Assembly: GCA_023515725.1 (NCBI GenBank)
Contig: JALDTO010000275.1
Location: forward strand, 1-64,000
DNA: 64,000 bases
Direction: 5' to 3'
Source: Amoeboaphelidium protococcarum X5
Lineage: Eukaryota; Fungi; Aphelidiomycota
How positions within the stretch are numbered: position 1 is the stretch's first letter; each line of letters begins with the position of its first letter. The notes under the pieces are model-generated. The model did no database searches and was not told where the DNA came from. It saw only the letters and a list, made by a program, of their open reading frames with translations. Both the position numbers and the translations under genes were made by a program. Below, piece by piece: positions 38,637-51,152 of the stretch.

Positions 38637-41108
38637 TCATTCCAAGTCAACTTTAACAATTCTTAGTGAGTAATCGTCAGAGGAGATAGCCAATTTTAAT
38701 GGTAAAGTTCCGCTTTCAATTGGTCTCCATTTAACAGAAGTGACGCTTTTCTTGGGACAATCAGATTCTGTTAATCTCTTCGCAATCTTCCATTCATTGA
38801 TTTTATCGCAACCAGCGCAAAATATCTCGATAGTACCATCTTCATACCCGACGGCAGCGATTAACTTTCCGTCACACGAACTGCCATAAACATCCACAGA
38901 CATTGGAACTTTGGCAACTTTCACGGTCTGAATACATTGCCACAAATTAGTGGTGGAATCCAAAGACCACACTTTAAGGCTCTTGTCACGCGCTATAGTC
39001 ATAAACTCAGTGTTGGTCGGCAGCCAACTGCAATCCCAAATCATTCGAGAGTGAGCATTCTGGCATACTTGCTGTACACTGTAAGAATTGAACGCGTGTT
39101 CGTACACTGTCCATTGTCTGTCTCTTCCCACAGTTACTATAAATCTATCATCGGGACTGAACTGAATACTGCACACAGTCTATTTATGAGTTTTAAAAGA
39201 TTCCAAGCGTTTAATCTTTCCACTAACACCATCTATTCGCCACAAGATCAGAGAGCCACTCTTTGTATCAACATCATTCAGAGATGCACGACATACATTT
39301 GCACTCATCATGTATGCATAATTGTTGGCGACTGCTAGCGTATATAAATCATCCCCATGTGCATATAACTTGTCAATTTCAGTCCACAACGTAATTGATG
39401 ACAAATGATTCTCCATAGGTATGATGGCAGATTCACTTTAAAACTCGTCTAGATGCGAAAGATCATCCTTGTTCTCAATATTAGCTTTATTGGACAATCC
39501 AAGCGCTGGAAGGGTTGAGGCCTTCTGCACCTCCCAGAAATCCTAATGAGATTCTGCAGCATTGGACACCGTAGATGGAAGAGATTTAAGTGACATGAGC
39601 TTCTTACACAGTGGAGATGCCTCAAATACTCTAATCACCTTCTCTCCCTCAGAGCAAGAGACAAACCTCAATCCATCCTGAGTGGTAAACGCTGCACGAA
39701 GCAGAGGATATCCATGTATTTGTGGACGATTCAACTCTAGCCAGCGAGGAGTGCCATCAACTTTAACTTCTGTCCAAATTCTAGTAGTTTTATCCAGGGA
39801 GGTTGATAAAAGCATCTGTCCATCATGACTCCATGTGCATCCTTTTACAGAATCAAAGTGACCCGTCTGGGCAGGCAAAGTCGTCCACTTACTGTCGTCA
39901 ATCTCCCTGCCCATTTCCAATTGCCAAAATTACACAGCTCCTGCATAGGATTATCCAAGAAGAAGCAATCCATCTTCACGATGCAACACATGTGCCCAAT
40001 AGAATCCACAAGAACCTGCACCGCCATTACCACTCGCGGAAGGACTATTAACTGTGTTGGCACCAGAATCACCGCCAATATTGCCATTCAAAGCCATAGA
40101 CAGATCATAGAATCTGTTTAAAATCTACCAAGACGCGTCACTATCCATTGAATCCCTTCCCCAGAGACATATCGATTTATCAGCAGACGCGGACACCAGG
40201 TAATCAACTTGGTTGTAACTAAACCATCTAACAGAATGGACCCAATCTTCATGCCCAGAAAGTACTGCATCAAGTTGCACTTATAAAACTCTATCCTGAT
40301 CAAGATTAGCTTCATATAATTTAGTTGCTAGCTGAGACTCTAATTTCTATTGCAGCAATGACTGATTCTACTAGCGATTGCGACGATCAGATTAACTACA
40401 AATCTTAATCTTGAACAGTTTGATGTACTTATCTAACGAAGCTGTAGCTAACATCCATTAGTTATTATCACCCGAAGATAAAGACTTTAATTCCATATCC
40501 TTGATCCAGTCTGAATGAGCTGGCAATGATAGAATCATCTTCACTTGAGATTAATTAGACGCGTCAACATCAAGACATAGAACAGTTAGCTTAGAATCTG
40601 TAGTAGCGGCAAGAATTAACAGCTTCTATAAGCAGTCGCCATCACAAAGAGGTAGTACTTAAACGCAAGTAGCTACTTTGCCTTTATCAAGCTTGTATTG
40701 GACTTGGTTCGCAGCGATACTCTATTGTGATGGAGAAAATTACAAAATCATAAGCATTCCATCGCTAAAGGACACCGCAATCCAGTATTGATCATCATCA
40801 CCATTCACTCCACACACTGAGATATTCAAAATAGATGTTCCATCACGTCGTGTTGAGTGCAATAGCTAACCATTAAGAGTGCAAATATTAAATTAGCCAC
40901 TAGAGTCTCCAGCACTATAAAGATCACGAGATATCCATTTCAATGCAGTGATCATTGAGAAAGAAGGCACTATCAACTAAACTGGATCCGACATGACGTC
41001 CTAGCCAGTATTCTTCACATAAATATTCACATCAGACGCGTAAATTAATTGGCCCAACTCATTAACGCTAGACACATTAGGCTTCTATTAGATTGCTGCT
41101 TTGAGCAT
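38637..41108 (-). CDS. ELP2: Elongator complex protein 2 (WD40)
   Basis: RPQIHGY, EKVIRVF, PALGLSNKA, HLSSITLWTEIDKLYAHG, AHSRMIWDCSW. Confidence 0.93.
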
Positions 41109-41278
41109 TTTTGCAATTTTTCTATTGTGATTTCTTCAATGCAGGAAAGTGAAAGGGATTAGCTGTAAGGAGACCGATTCGTAAAAAAGTTAACCATTGA
41201 GCTGATAAAGATATATTTCAAAAGGAAAGATTAAAATGTTCAAACTAATACAATATATTTTTGGCCTTACAGGACTTT

Positions 41279-43183
41279 TCAAATGGAACTTATTTCTTGC
41301 ACAACTTAATTCTCCTTATCATCACCATCGCTCAGTAATCGTCGCCTCTTGGGGGAATGACTTTCGAGTTCAACCAGATCAGTGTCACTCAATACTCCTT
41401 CACTATTCTCGTCAACTTCACCGGCGCTTCTATCACTGAGGGACTCTTTACGTGATGAGGATTGTTATTAATTGAACATTTCATCATCACCATCATCATT
41501 ATATTCCATTTTTTACTATCCTTGTGAGTCTGCAGTTGGCTCTTCGAGATCGTCGCCTAAAACAGCGACTGCGCTATGATCAACAATCATGCTCTCTCTA
41601 GGATCAGGGGAGTGGAGCATGTCAGCCTGAGTGAATTCAGTATCTAAAGCATTCGGCTCCAAGTCCAGAGAAGATATACTGCCAGTGTCTTCAGCAGTAG
41701 GAGATGTCTCTACGTCTTGCATACCACGACTGTAATCATTATCATCAGTCTTGTCATCTTCATCCTGCATCTATTTGATAGAGTCATCATCGACACTCAT
41801 GACCATAGAATCACGCACGTACTTGTGCTCTTCAGGAGGCGCGGATCGAGAGGCCATTGCACCTACTGCAGCAGCTCCGGCTAAACCAGCTACCGCGGCA
41901 CCTGCAGCTACAGGAGCATTTGATTTAACTGCGTCAGAGCCTGCAACAGAAGCATCTTAAGACAGCATTTCCTGAGTCACAGACTATTCAGCACCGCCAC
42001 TCAGAGCATCTTCGTCCTCAGCAAACGCTAAAGAGGCCAACGCCGTTTCCTTGTCATTATCGTCAAATTCCATTGATGTGATACGAGAATTATTATCAGA
42101 ATTAGTTGTCAGATTTTTCCCGTTATCGGCCATCACCTCTTCACCTTTAGCTCTTTCAGATGAGGATGGACTGATGATAGGAGGAGGTGGGATAACAAGT
42201 GGCGGCTCTTACGACGATCTATACATTTCAGACTAATTCTATTACTACTAGCTAGACTGTTCATCATCACCATCATCATCGCCATTAGAGCGTCTTCTAC
42301 CGGCCATGGCAGCTGCTCCAATAGCACCGGCTGCTACACCAGCGGCCGCACCAGCTCCGACGCCAAATCCGGATCCAGCTGCAGATTCTCCAGTAGAGGG
42401 AAGAGCTTTGTCCATGTACGAGATGGCCTATGACGCGTCAGGTCTGTAATACTACTGCTATTGTAAAGACCGAGGGTAGACTTCGGGTGCGCCCATGTTA
42501 CCGTTGCCTGCTCCATAACCAGCAGCAGGTGCAGATTAACCATAGCCACCTTCTACATCATCGTCATCATCAGTCTTATCGTGTCTTCGCGACAATTTTC
42601 TCAAGATGACAAACGCGACTATACTAGCAACGAGGGCGGCAATTACAATTCCAGCGATAGCACCAGGCGTCAAATTTGGACCTTGCGATGAACTGCCATC
42701 TGACTGATTATCTGATGGTCTATTCGTCGGGCTTGACGTGGAGGTTGTCCTTGTTCTTGTTGATGAGGAGGAGGATGGAGATGCACTGGAAGATGCAGTC
42801 GGAGAGGGGGAGCTACTAGAAGTAGGTGACTCTGGCGAGGATGGAGGCTGTTGGCCCTGAGGGATATTCGGCGGAGTCTTGCCAGGATTTTACGCGAGCC
42901 ATTGATCTAAATATGGATCAGGCGGAGGTGCGGCTTATACAGGCGGATTGAGCGGCTATCCAGAGAAAAATGCAGCCTATCCCACCTGGCCTACAGAGCC
43001 AACGCTGCCAGGATCATCGGGGCCTAATGTACCAGCAGGCCGTCCAGGAGTGGCGCCTACATTAGGAGTAGCGGGCACAATATTTTGTGGCGTTGAAACA
43101 ACGTTAATCACGAGTATTTCTATCAATTAAATCGCTACAATCAGATTGAATAATTTCCTTTGTTTCAAATTCCAAATTATCAT
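41279..43183 (-). CDS. Single-pass surface protein: signal-like N-terminus, Pro/Ser/Thr-rich ectodomain, TM helix, long acidic tail (Mid2/Wsc-like architecture)
   Basis: 634-aa table-6 ORF with a Ser/Thr tract followed by GAIAGIVIAALVASIVAFVILRK. Confidence 0.7.
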
Positions 43184-43665
43184 GATTGTTTCAATGTTTT
43201 CTGCTTTCAATAGTTTTTACAATGTATACGAATTCCCAATATATCAATATCAGTATTGAAAGATACTATTATAGAGAATAAATGATAAGATAATATATCT
43301 ATCTAAGAAAAGACTGTTAATAAAGTCACGTTAGACAAAAGAGTCATGAAATCCTAGTCTCGTGTAACTGTTCCTCCCATTCGACCAATCAGAACGTCCA
43401 CACAAGTGACTTTGTGATCTCCGTCTGCTGATTGGCCATCCGAATGACTTTTCTTGGCTGATTAGGCCCCTCATTCGAGAGAATTTTGATTTGTTCAGTA
43501 GATCTAACAAAGTACTGGCATGGTGCTTGTGTATCTAAAAGTATATGAAGGTTAACCGTGATATTTGTAATTAAACATTGTTTTTCGACCATTGCACTGG
43601 TTTATGGACTGCTGGTAAGACATCTCTTGATCTTCTAACCATTTTTGTTACACCAAATTATCAAA

Positions 43666-44490
43666 ATGATCAAAACATTGAATCAAATTCCTTCTCATAT
43701 CATTCGCCCGTATTACGTTACGCAGCCTTTGCGTGAACGGACTCTTAATCTCAAGAATGCGACAGATATAGTAAAATTGCGTGAGTCTTGCGTTATAGCT
43801 AGAGATACTCTAGATCATTTGAAGAAGTTTGTTGTACCGGGTACTTCAACGTTTTAGATTGACGCGATGGCAAGAGAGTATATCACGCGTCAGAACGCTT
43901 ATCCTTCTCCGCTCATGTACAACAAATTCCCAGGTAGTGTTTGTACAAGTGTAAATGAAGTTGCTGTCCATGGTATACCATCTGAAGATATTATTCTGCA
44001 AGACGGTGATGTGATTTCTATTGATGTTACTGTCTTTAAAAATGGATTTCATGGTGATACATGTGCAACTTTTACTGTTGGCAAATGCTCAGAAGATTCT
44101 AAATAATTTGTATAAAAGTCGCGTATGTGTACTATGGATGCCATCAAAAATATTGAGGTGAATGGCCCTCTGAATAGAATAGGATTAGCTATCGATCGGT
44201 TTTGTTCAGCCAACTCAGTTACTAGTCTTTAAGCATTCTACGGTCATGGAATAGGAGCTGATTTTCACGAGCTTCCGTATGTCTCTCATTTCACAGATCA
44301 GGATTGTAATGATGTAGTTCGTGAAGGTATGGTATTCACAGTGGAACCTGTGATAACACGGTCCACGTCGCAAGATTTAGAAATGTGGGAAGACGAGTGG
44401 ACTATCGCTACTGCAGATGGGCAGATTTGTGCATAGACTGAGCATACCGTGGCCATTACTCACAATGGAGTTGAAATTTTGACTTTATGA
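43666..44490 (+). CDS. Methionine aminopeptidase type I (no N-terminal zinc finger; MetAP1D/bacterial-like)
   Basis: AYPSPLMY..FP.SVCTSVNEVAVHGIP, DGDVISIDVT, HGDTCATF, GHGIG, FTVEP, AQTEHT. Confidence 0.95.
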
Positions 44491-44800
44491 ATGACCATTT
44501 TATTGATCACTACTGCATTTTTGTTTACAATGAAGAAGATTTGCAGTATACATTTTATGCGGCAAATAAAGCTCTTTGTGGTGAACTAGAAGTCGAAGGC
44601 TGTCGAGATTATGGACTGAAAATTGTTGCCCATTCAAGCTTTTCTGACTTTCATGTTTCTGACAATCACATAATTATCTTGCGTCGTACCGTATTAAGAG
44701 GGAAATTCAATTTTTTTTGAAACGAGCGGCGCGCTCGTCCTTTCTTTCTTCTCTCCTCTAAACTTTAAAATCCGCCCGCCACTATAGTCAACACGCGCAC

Positions 44801-47800
44801 ATGGAGAATTAATTCAGTGCTATGAATAGTGGAGGTTAGAGTAGTAGTACTGGCGATGGAAAGTCTATGAAAGCTGTGGATAAAACTGTGAATGCTAGTT
44901 TGCCTGGTGCTGGTGTTTAAAAGAGCACTGATGGTATTGAGAATGTATTCAGGAGTAGTAGTGAACCTGTGTAAAGCCGTGCCACCCCGTCTTAATAAGG
45001 GAATTAGTAGCAGTAGTAATAGTAACAGTCGTAGTCTTAGAAGTAGTAGCATTAGCAAAAGTTATAGGAATAGCCACCTTCAGGATCATCAAAGTTGAAT
45101 GCTAGTGATTTTTTGGCTAATTTGAAGAGGAATGCCTTTAACAGTCCTATAGTCTCTGCCAGTGTTGTGTAGAGTGCCGTTCAGTAGACATCGGTGTCAG
45201 CTTTTAGTTCTGTTGTGAAGTCTAGTTAGTCAACTGCATTGAAAAAGTCCTCCAGTATGAAGAGTGATCTGCCGAGGTCTGTTCCTCTTTCCTCTCCTTC
45301 ACCTGCATACCATAAAGAGACAGTGACCGCATAGCTGAATATTATGAGTGAAAAGGTGGTTAGAAAGGTGTCCACAGAGTCTTTGTAGAGTGAGGAGGAC
45401 ACATAGCCGCATTTGAGACTGAGCAATGTACGTCCTTAGTTGTAAGAAGTTCATTAAACATCTGGAAAGTAACAGCATTATCATCATCATCTACAGCAGC
45501 GTTAGAGCGCGTCGAAGTTGGGCACTCAGTATCCTTAAATGATGCCTCCCGCTGTCACTAATCGTCCTACTTGTCCACCTAATGATTAGTCAAAGTAGCG
45601 TTTAAAGCCTATTTCTTCTGCAAATGCGGCAGACTAATCGGTAGATGTCATAACTATTGATACTAGCTCGGATAGGAGTTCTGAGATGCTGCCGTCATTG
45701 AGTTCTATTCTATGTCCTCAGCGTCCAAGACTGCCTCCTATGGTATAGTCCAACAGTTAGGCTGCGACCAAGTAGGCAAGTACGTAGTAGTAGTAACAGT
45801 AGTAGTCATCTTCATAGCAAAGAAGATCGAATGCGGAGTTGACACGATCTGGAATAAGTGTTAGGTAGTACAGTGTACCTCAATTTGACACTTCTTTGAC
45901 TTCACCTGATGTTACCTCGCCTGATGTAGTTATTCGTTAGTACAGTAAGCCTTCGTAAGAAGTATAGTCATCTTAGATTTCGGAGTCTGCATCTTCTTAG
46001 CAATAAACAGGAAGTTAGGTACGTTCGTCTCAAGCGCCAGTTTAATAAGCTCCGTCAGCTACTCCTGTTATTGAAAGTGCTGTCTAGTCTAATAATTCTC
46101 CATAGTAAAAGTATTAATAGCCGTAATCGCTTGATTCGTCTCAGGAACAGTCTTAAAGAGCAGTTCAGTAGCCGCTATAGAAGGAGTAGAATGAGCTGAA
46201 TCATGGTGTGAATGTGGACAAGCCATAGAAGGATACCATGCTCTTGAAGCAATCTACTATTCCAACAGTTCAAGCTCCGATTGTTTAGGATTAGAAATCG
46301 CAGTTGATCAAGTTGAAGACTCCAAAGAAGCGCAAGCCTGCAAGTGAACTTTTAAAAGATTTGAAAAATAGCCCGAAGAGTATTCTGAAGAGCAGTTCTA
46401 AGCGTTAGAACAAGTATAATTTGGTGGATCCGGATGGAGGTAGAACGAAGTTGTAGAAGATTGTTAGAAGATCCGCTATTGATGAGCTCTAGTAAGCTCT
46501 TCTCGGACCTGATAATACCCACTTTGATGTGGATGTTACTCTGTCTGATTCGGATAACTCTAACTGCTTCCACTTTGCGTTGTATAGGGGCAATGCTAGA
46601 ATCTTGGAATTTCTTATTGAATACTAGGAGTGCAAGAGTAGTAAGATGATAAGCACACTTATGGACGAGATTTGGAAAACTCCATCAGTGTTGAAATCCA
46701 ATCATAAATGGGATCTCGACTATAGTTTAGCCTTCAGTTTGCACCAGCGTGCATTTGGTAGCGGTGATAGTCCAATGCATGATCTCATAAACGGACTTTA
46801 TGACGTAATTTGCCGAGCTGTTGAAGATACTGATAGTTTGCGTAGAGGCTTCACTTCTGATGATTTGCAATTTGAGGAGTGTTGTCGCTTAATTCTGAGC
46901 AAAGGTTATAATGTGCAACTTAAGAACAAAAATGGGCAGAATCCTGTCTAATTGATGGACTTTTATGGAGATTTGTTGAAGAAGCACAATGATTATCTCT
47001 TTCAAAATAGAACATTTGGTGCTGTGAACTAGCTGATCTCTCAGTGGACTATGGTCTCTACGTTGTTACACAATTACCAGAGCTTGCTTAGTGGATTTAC
47101 TGATGCTCCCCCACCGTCTTTGATGAATCTCTTACCTGTGTCTAGTGTGGAGAATAAGATTGAGTATTTGAATTAGATAATTCGATGTGGATTGGATCTA
47201 CGGTCTGCAGACTCTGACGGCAATAATATCTTTCACATTGCGGTGGCTGCATTTGATGTGGAGCTGGTAATGTATCTGTGCTGTATATCAAATCCTATTA
47301 AAACTACTCCGATGAAGCTGTTTTCCTCTTTGTAGAGACTGCTGAAGACTATGAGCATTGAGCCGGATAGGAATTTGTACCGTTACGACGCCAAATTGGA
47401 ACTCATTTCTACCTGTAATGCAGATGGCGATTCTCCATTTCATACTCTGATTCGTGCTGTTAATTGTGCCTCAAAAAAGTCTACCATCTCTAGCCAGTTG
47501 TAAGATAGGGTACTTTTTCTTATATAGATACTGCTAGTATTTGGACTAGATTTTATGGTTCAGAATAGAAGGGGATAAACTGCTTTGGAGACATGCGAAG
47601 ATACTCAGTTGAAATCTGTTATTGCAGACTTTTATGGCAGATACTTGGATTCCAATGACACAGAAGGTGCTTAGAGTGAATAATTGAAGTAAGAGGAACC
47701 AGTTACTAGGCGTCAGTCGGCACAGAGAGCCGGCAAGATTGCGGCATCCCAGTCTTTGTCTTCTATCGCTTCGTCTAACTAAGTATCTCCGAAAGTATCC

Positions 47801-49267
47801 TCCTCGTCCTCTTTATAATCCGCTTCTTCAAAGGCTCCGCGTGCTAATACCGATGATTAATCAGAGTCTATAAATGATGCACCTAAAGTGCGTGGTAAAA
47901 GGAAAAGGAGATTAGCGGCATCTTCATCAGGTGTTTCTACTGAAAATCGCAAGGATCGCGCTCGATCTATTGAATCTTCCAGTTCGGTCGCTACATCTGT
48001 AACGAATGCGTCCAGAACGAAGACTCCTACTGGTGGATTCCCTAAAGGCTTACATCCATTCTCTAAGGATGGTCATGGGAGGACAAAGTTGTAGATGAAG
48101 GCACGTGCTGGTATACTGAATGACGTGTAGAAATTGATAGAGCTGAGTGCGGATGTGAATGCTCGCGATCACGCTGGTTATACTCCACTTTCTGAAGCAG
48201 TGAACAATGGTCACTATGAAGTGGTGAAGGTTCTACTTGAGAATGGTGCTGATGTTAATAATCACGGCTTGGATGGCGAGACGGCTTTGCATGAGGCCGT
48301 AAAAAGATTGGATGTGGATATCATCAGTCTTCTTCTGCAGTATGGAGGAGATCCATTCTCAACTAATCACTAGGGGTAGATTGCTGTTGATTTTCTGAAA
48401 GTTGCTAGTCCACTGGCGCCATTGAAGAAGCACAAGGATGCAGTCGTCAATTAAATTAGGGAGATTCTTGATTAGTACACTGAGAATTCAATCATGCCAA
48501 TGACTAGGTAGAGAAAGAGACGCTTGACGGCTGAATCGAGTGATTCTGTTTTCAAGTCTTATTCGCCTTCTAAGAAACACCAGATTGTTAAAGACAAAGA
48601 GGAATCTCAAGAGAGCATGCAGAAGTCAGTCGATAAAGTTGCATCGTAGAAGAAGGCGTCTCCTGTTAAAGCGGAACCTGTTAAAGTTGAATAAAAAGAT
48701 AGTGCTACTGAAGCACTTGCTGCCCTTAAAAGCATATAACCCGTTGCAGCAGTGAGCGTAAAAACTGAATTTGTTAATTCACGCAAGGATTCTGCTGCAT
48801 CTTTGGCTAATTCTTCTGTTGGATCGTCTCAGAATTTGGCATTAGCGTCTCAGCAATAAGTTGCCATAGATGAGCAACTTCTTCCTTTGGTACTTTTTTC
48901 CAACCCAGAATTGTCTGGTGAACTGCTTGTAGTTGACGATTATCTGGCAAAAGTCCTTGGGTTTAATAGTACTAGCAAGATGTATCTGAAATTGGGCAAG
49001 TCTGCATTCATTCGCGATTAGCTTAGAAGTAAAAGAATTGCTGTGAGTGGCACAATGGCCTAATAACTCTTACAAATTCCCGGTAATGCTCAATGGACCA
49101 GGTATCTGGAGAGTGGTGCATAGCTTACTCAGAAATGTCATTTTATCCCCTATTCGCTGTTTTAAGATGAACTGCTGCCGTACTACGTGGAACTGACCGA
49201 TATGGACCCGTTGGATGTTTCTTCAATGTTGGATGATTCTTGCATGACTGAGGTTAAATTGAATTGA
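44801..49267 (+). CDS. Large (about 1488 aa) Gln/Ser-rich ankyrin-repeat protein (Hos4/ANKRD11-like ankyrin module)
   Basis: One table-6 frame joins track ORFs 46646, 47888 and 48134. GRTKLQ...DVNARDHAGYTPLSEAVNNGHYEVVKVLLENGADVN...GETALHEAV. Confidence 0.8.
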
Positions 49268-49721
49268 TATATTCGTTGTAAAAATTTACATATATAATTT
49301 TGTTTCGCTGTATTTTTATTGATTGACAATATCGCATGGCACCATCATCATCAAAGCATTAGCGATTTGTTGGATGAAGAATCGTATTGGATAAGTGATG
49401 ACGAATGTAGATATTTTTTGGCAAATGACATTACTATGGGCATTGGGCTGGTCCAACAGCTATTGCATTTTTCGCTACAACTCCGATCTTTAATCTGTAT
49501 CAAAACATTTAATCATAACTTAGGTATATTTAAATGATTGAATAAGTATTAACTAGAACAAATATCGGTACAGGAGATTCACAGGGGCCTCGTGTAAAGT
49601 AGTCAATCAATCTACAATTTAGGGACACCACTTTTCTAACTGTTTTCCCTATAAACTGTGATATCACTTAAGCTAGTCAGGCGTGATTATAACCGGCAAA
49701 CATATAGTGTTATTGTATTTC

Positions 49722-51038
49722 ATGAAGATTTGTTATTTATCAAGATACCTGCTCTCTTGTGCTGTCTTGCCTTTGCTTTCTTGCGCGTCAGATGTTGTCT
49801 AGGGACTAAGCGATTTAAATGCTGATGCTTTACAGAATATACTGAACAATTTGGAAGTTTCTACTCTGCGTAATACCAGATTGAGTAGTCGCCTATTACG
49901 TAAGGTATCTGATGTCCGTGCGGGTGTGCTTGTGAATGATTCGCCTAATCTGCAACGATATGGTTTTTATTCGCTAGAGTATGCAATTGCAAGCGAGTAC
50001 AGTCCGTTTATCGTATCCTTAGTAGGCAAGACTTATGAAAATAATCTTTTGAATTACAAACTAATGCTGGCTGTTGATAGAGCGTTTGGCGTTGGGTAAA
50101 TTTAAACGCGTCCTGGTCTGCCTGGCATCAACAGCAAAGATATTAACGCGTTGATAATACGTACCATCATTCATTTACCGGGCGCTGACTATAAAGTTCT
50201 TCGATTTCCATTGAAGCGCTAGTATATGCGTTGCAAAATCGACATTGTAGATTGGATCTTGTCACTGGATAATAGGCTGGCAGAGGAGTTTGCAGATGAG
50301 TTTGCAGATGAGTATGCAGATATCTAGTCGCGTTGTTCGAATGATCGTAGCGATACATCTTCACCAGCCAACATTCTAAATGAGCTGAATAGAAAATTTA
50401 AAAAAAGCATCCGTCTGCTCAATATTTCGGATATGGAGTAGTATATACTTCAAGGTGCATCCATTGATTTTGAGTAAGGGTTCGCTCTATATAGTGCAAG
50501 CTGTTTGAAAAGTAATGTGCAAATGGTCCGAGTGCTGCTTAACTATGGAGCCAATGTAAATATATGTTTACCGGCATGGGTCGCGCAGTAATGCGACTTG
50601 GAAACTTTTTAACTACATATAAAGTATGGCTTGGATTTGAATAAATATGGGGACGACCTTCTAGTAGAAGCGTCTCGTTACGTTTTTTAAATACCAGTGG
50701 TCCGCTATTTATTTGAGTCGCATCGTGATAGTTTGTCTCAATAAGGAATGGAGCGTGCTCTGGCTAGTGCAGCCGTTTAATCTAATAGTTTGACTGTTGA
50801 GTTATTGAAGAGTTTTGGAGTTCATGAAGGTATTGAATGTTAGAATGCCTTGATTTAATAAGCTCATTAAGGGTAGGAATTGGTAGTTGCGGGTTTGCTT
50901 ATATAGCTCCGTTTTCCGCTCGCCACTGTGTGGAATGCCATTCAAGTGACTGAAGATAACGACATGCGCTAAATGCTCACTTAATACTTGAATGATCATT
51001 TTTCAGTTCGCAGTGATGTTGATATCTTGGCGGAATGA
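49722..51038 (+). CDS. Signal peptide + F-box + ankyrin-repeat protein, copy B (438 aa)
   Basis: MKICYLSRYLLSCAVLPLLSCA (signal-like); LSDLNADALQNILNNLEVSTLRNTRLSSRLLRKV (F-box); ankyrin-like MVRVLLNYGANVN. Paralogue of 27714-29006. Confidence 0.82.
50286..50321 (+). repeat. 12-bp in-frame tandem repeat x3 (EFAD-EFAD-EYAD) in copy B
   Basis: gagtttgcagat gagtttgcagat gagtatgcagat; copy A has two degenerate units. Confidence 0.85.
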
Positions 51039-51152
51039 TTTTTAATTGACATGGTACCTAATAAAATGGTGTCCCTATCGATTAAGTTGAATATTTTGTC
51101 ACTGGATATTTTTACTTATTTATTACTTCTATAACAATCATATCGAGGCAGT

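Noticed and set aside
43606-43666. Possible upstream exon/intron for MetAP (gtaaga donor, ctaac branch-like site)
   Set aside because: No AG acceptor lies near the branch-like site, so it cannot be supported.
44892-45098. Ser-rich or Leu-rich track ORFs such as 44892+, 44765-, 59737- and 60455+
   Set aside because: These are off-frame or antisense shadows of (TAG/CAG/TAA)n poly-Gln tracts in real genes.
29006-49722. The 21-kb segment between the inverted paralogues as a composite transposon
   Set aside because: No transposase, terminal inverted repeats or target-site duplication were seen, and the interior consists mostly of ordinary housekeeping genes.
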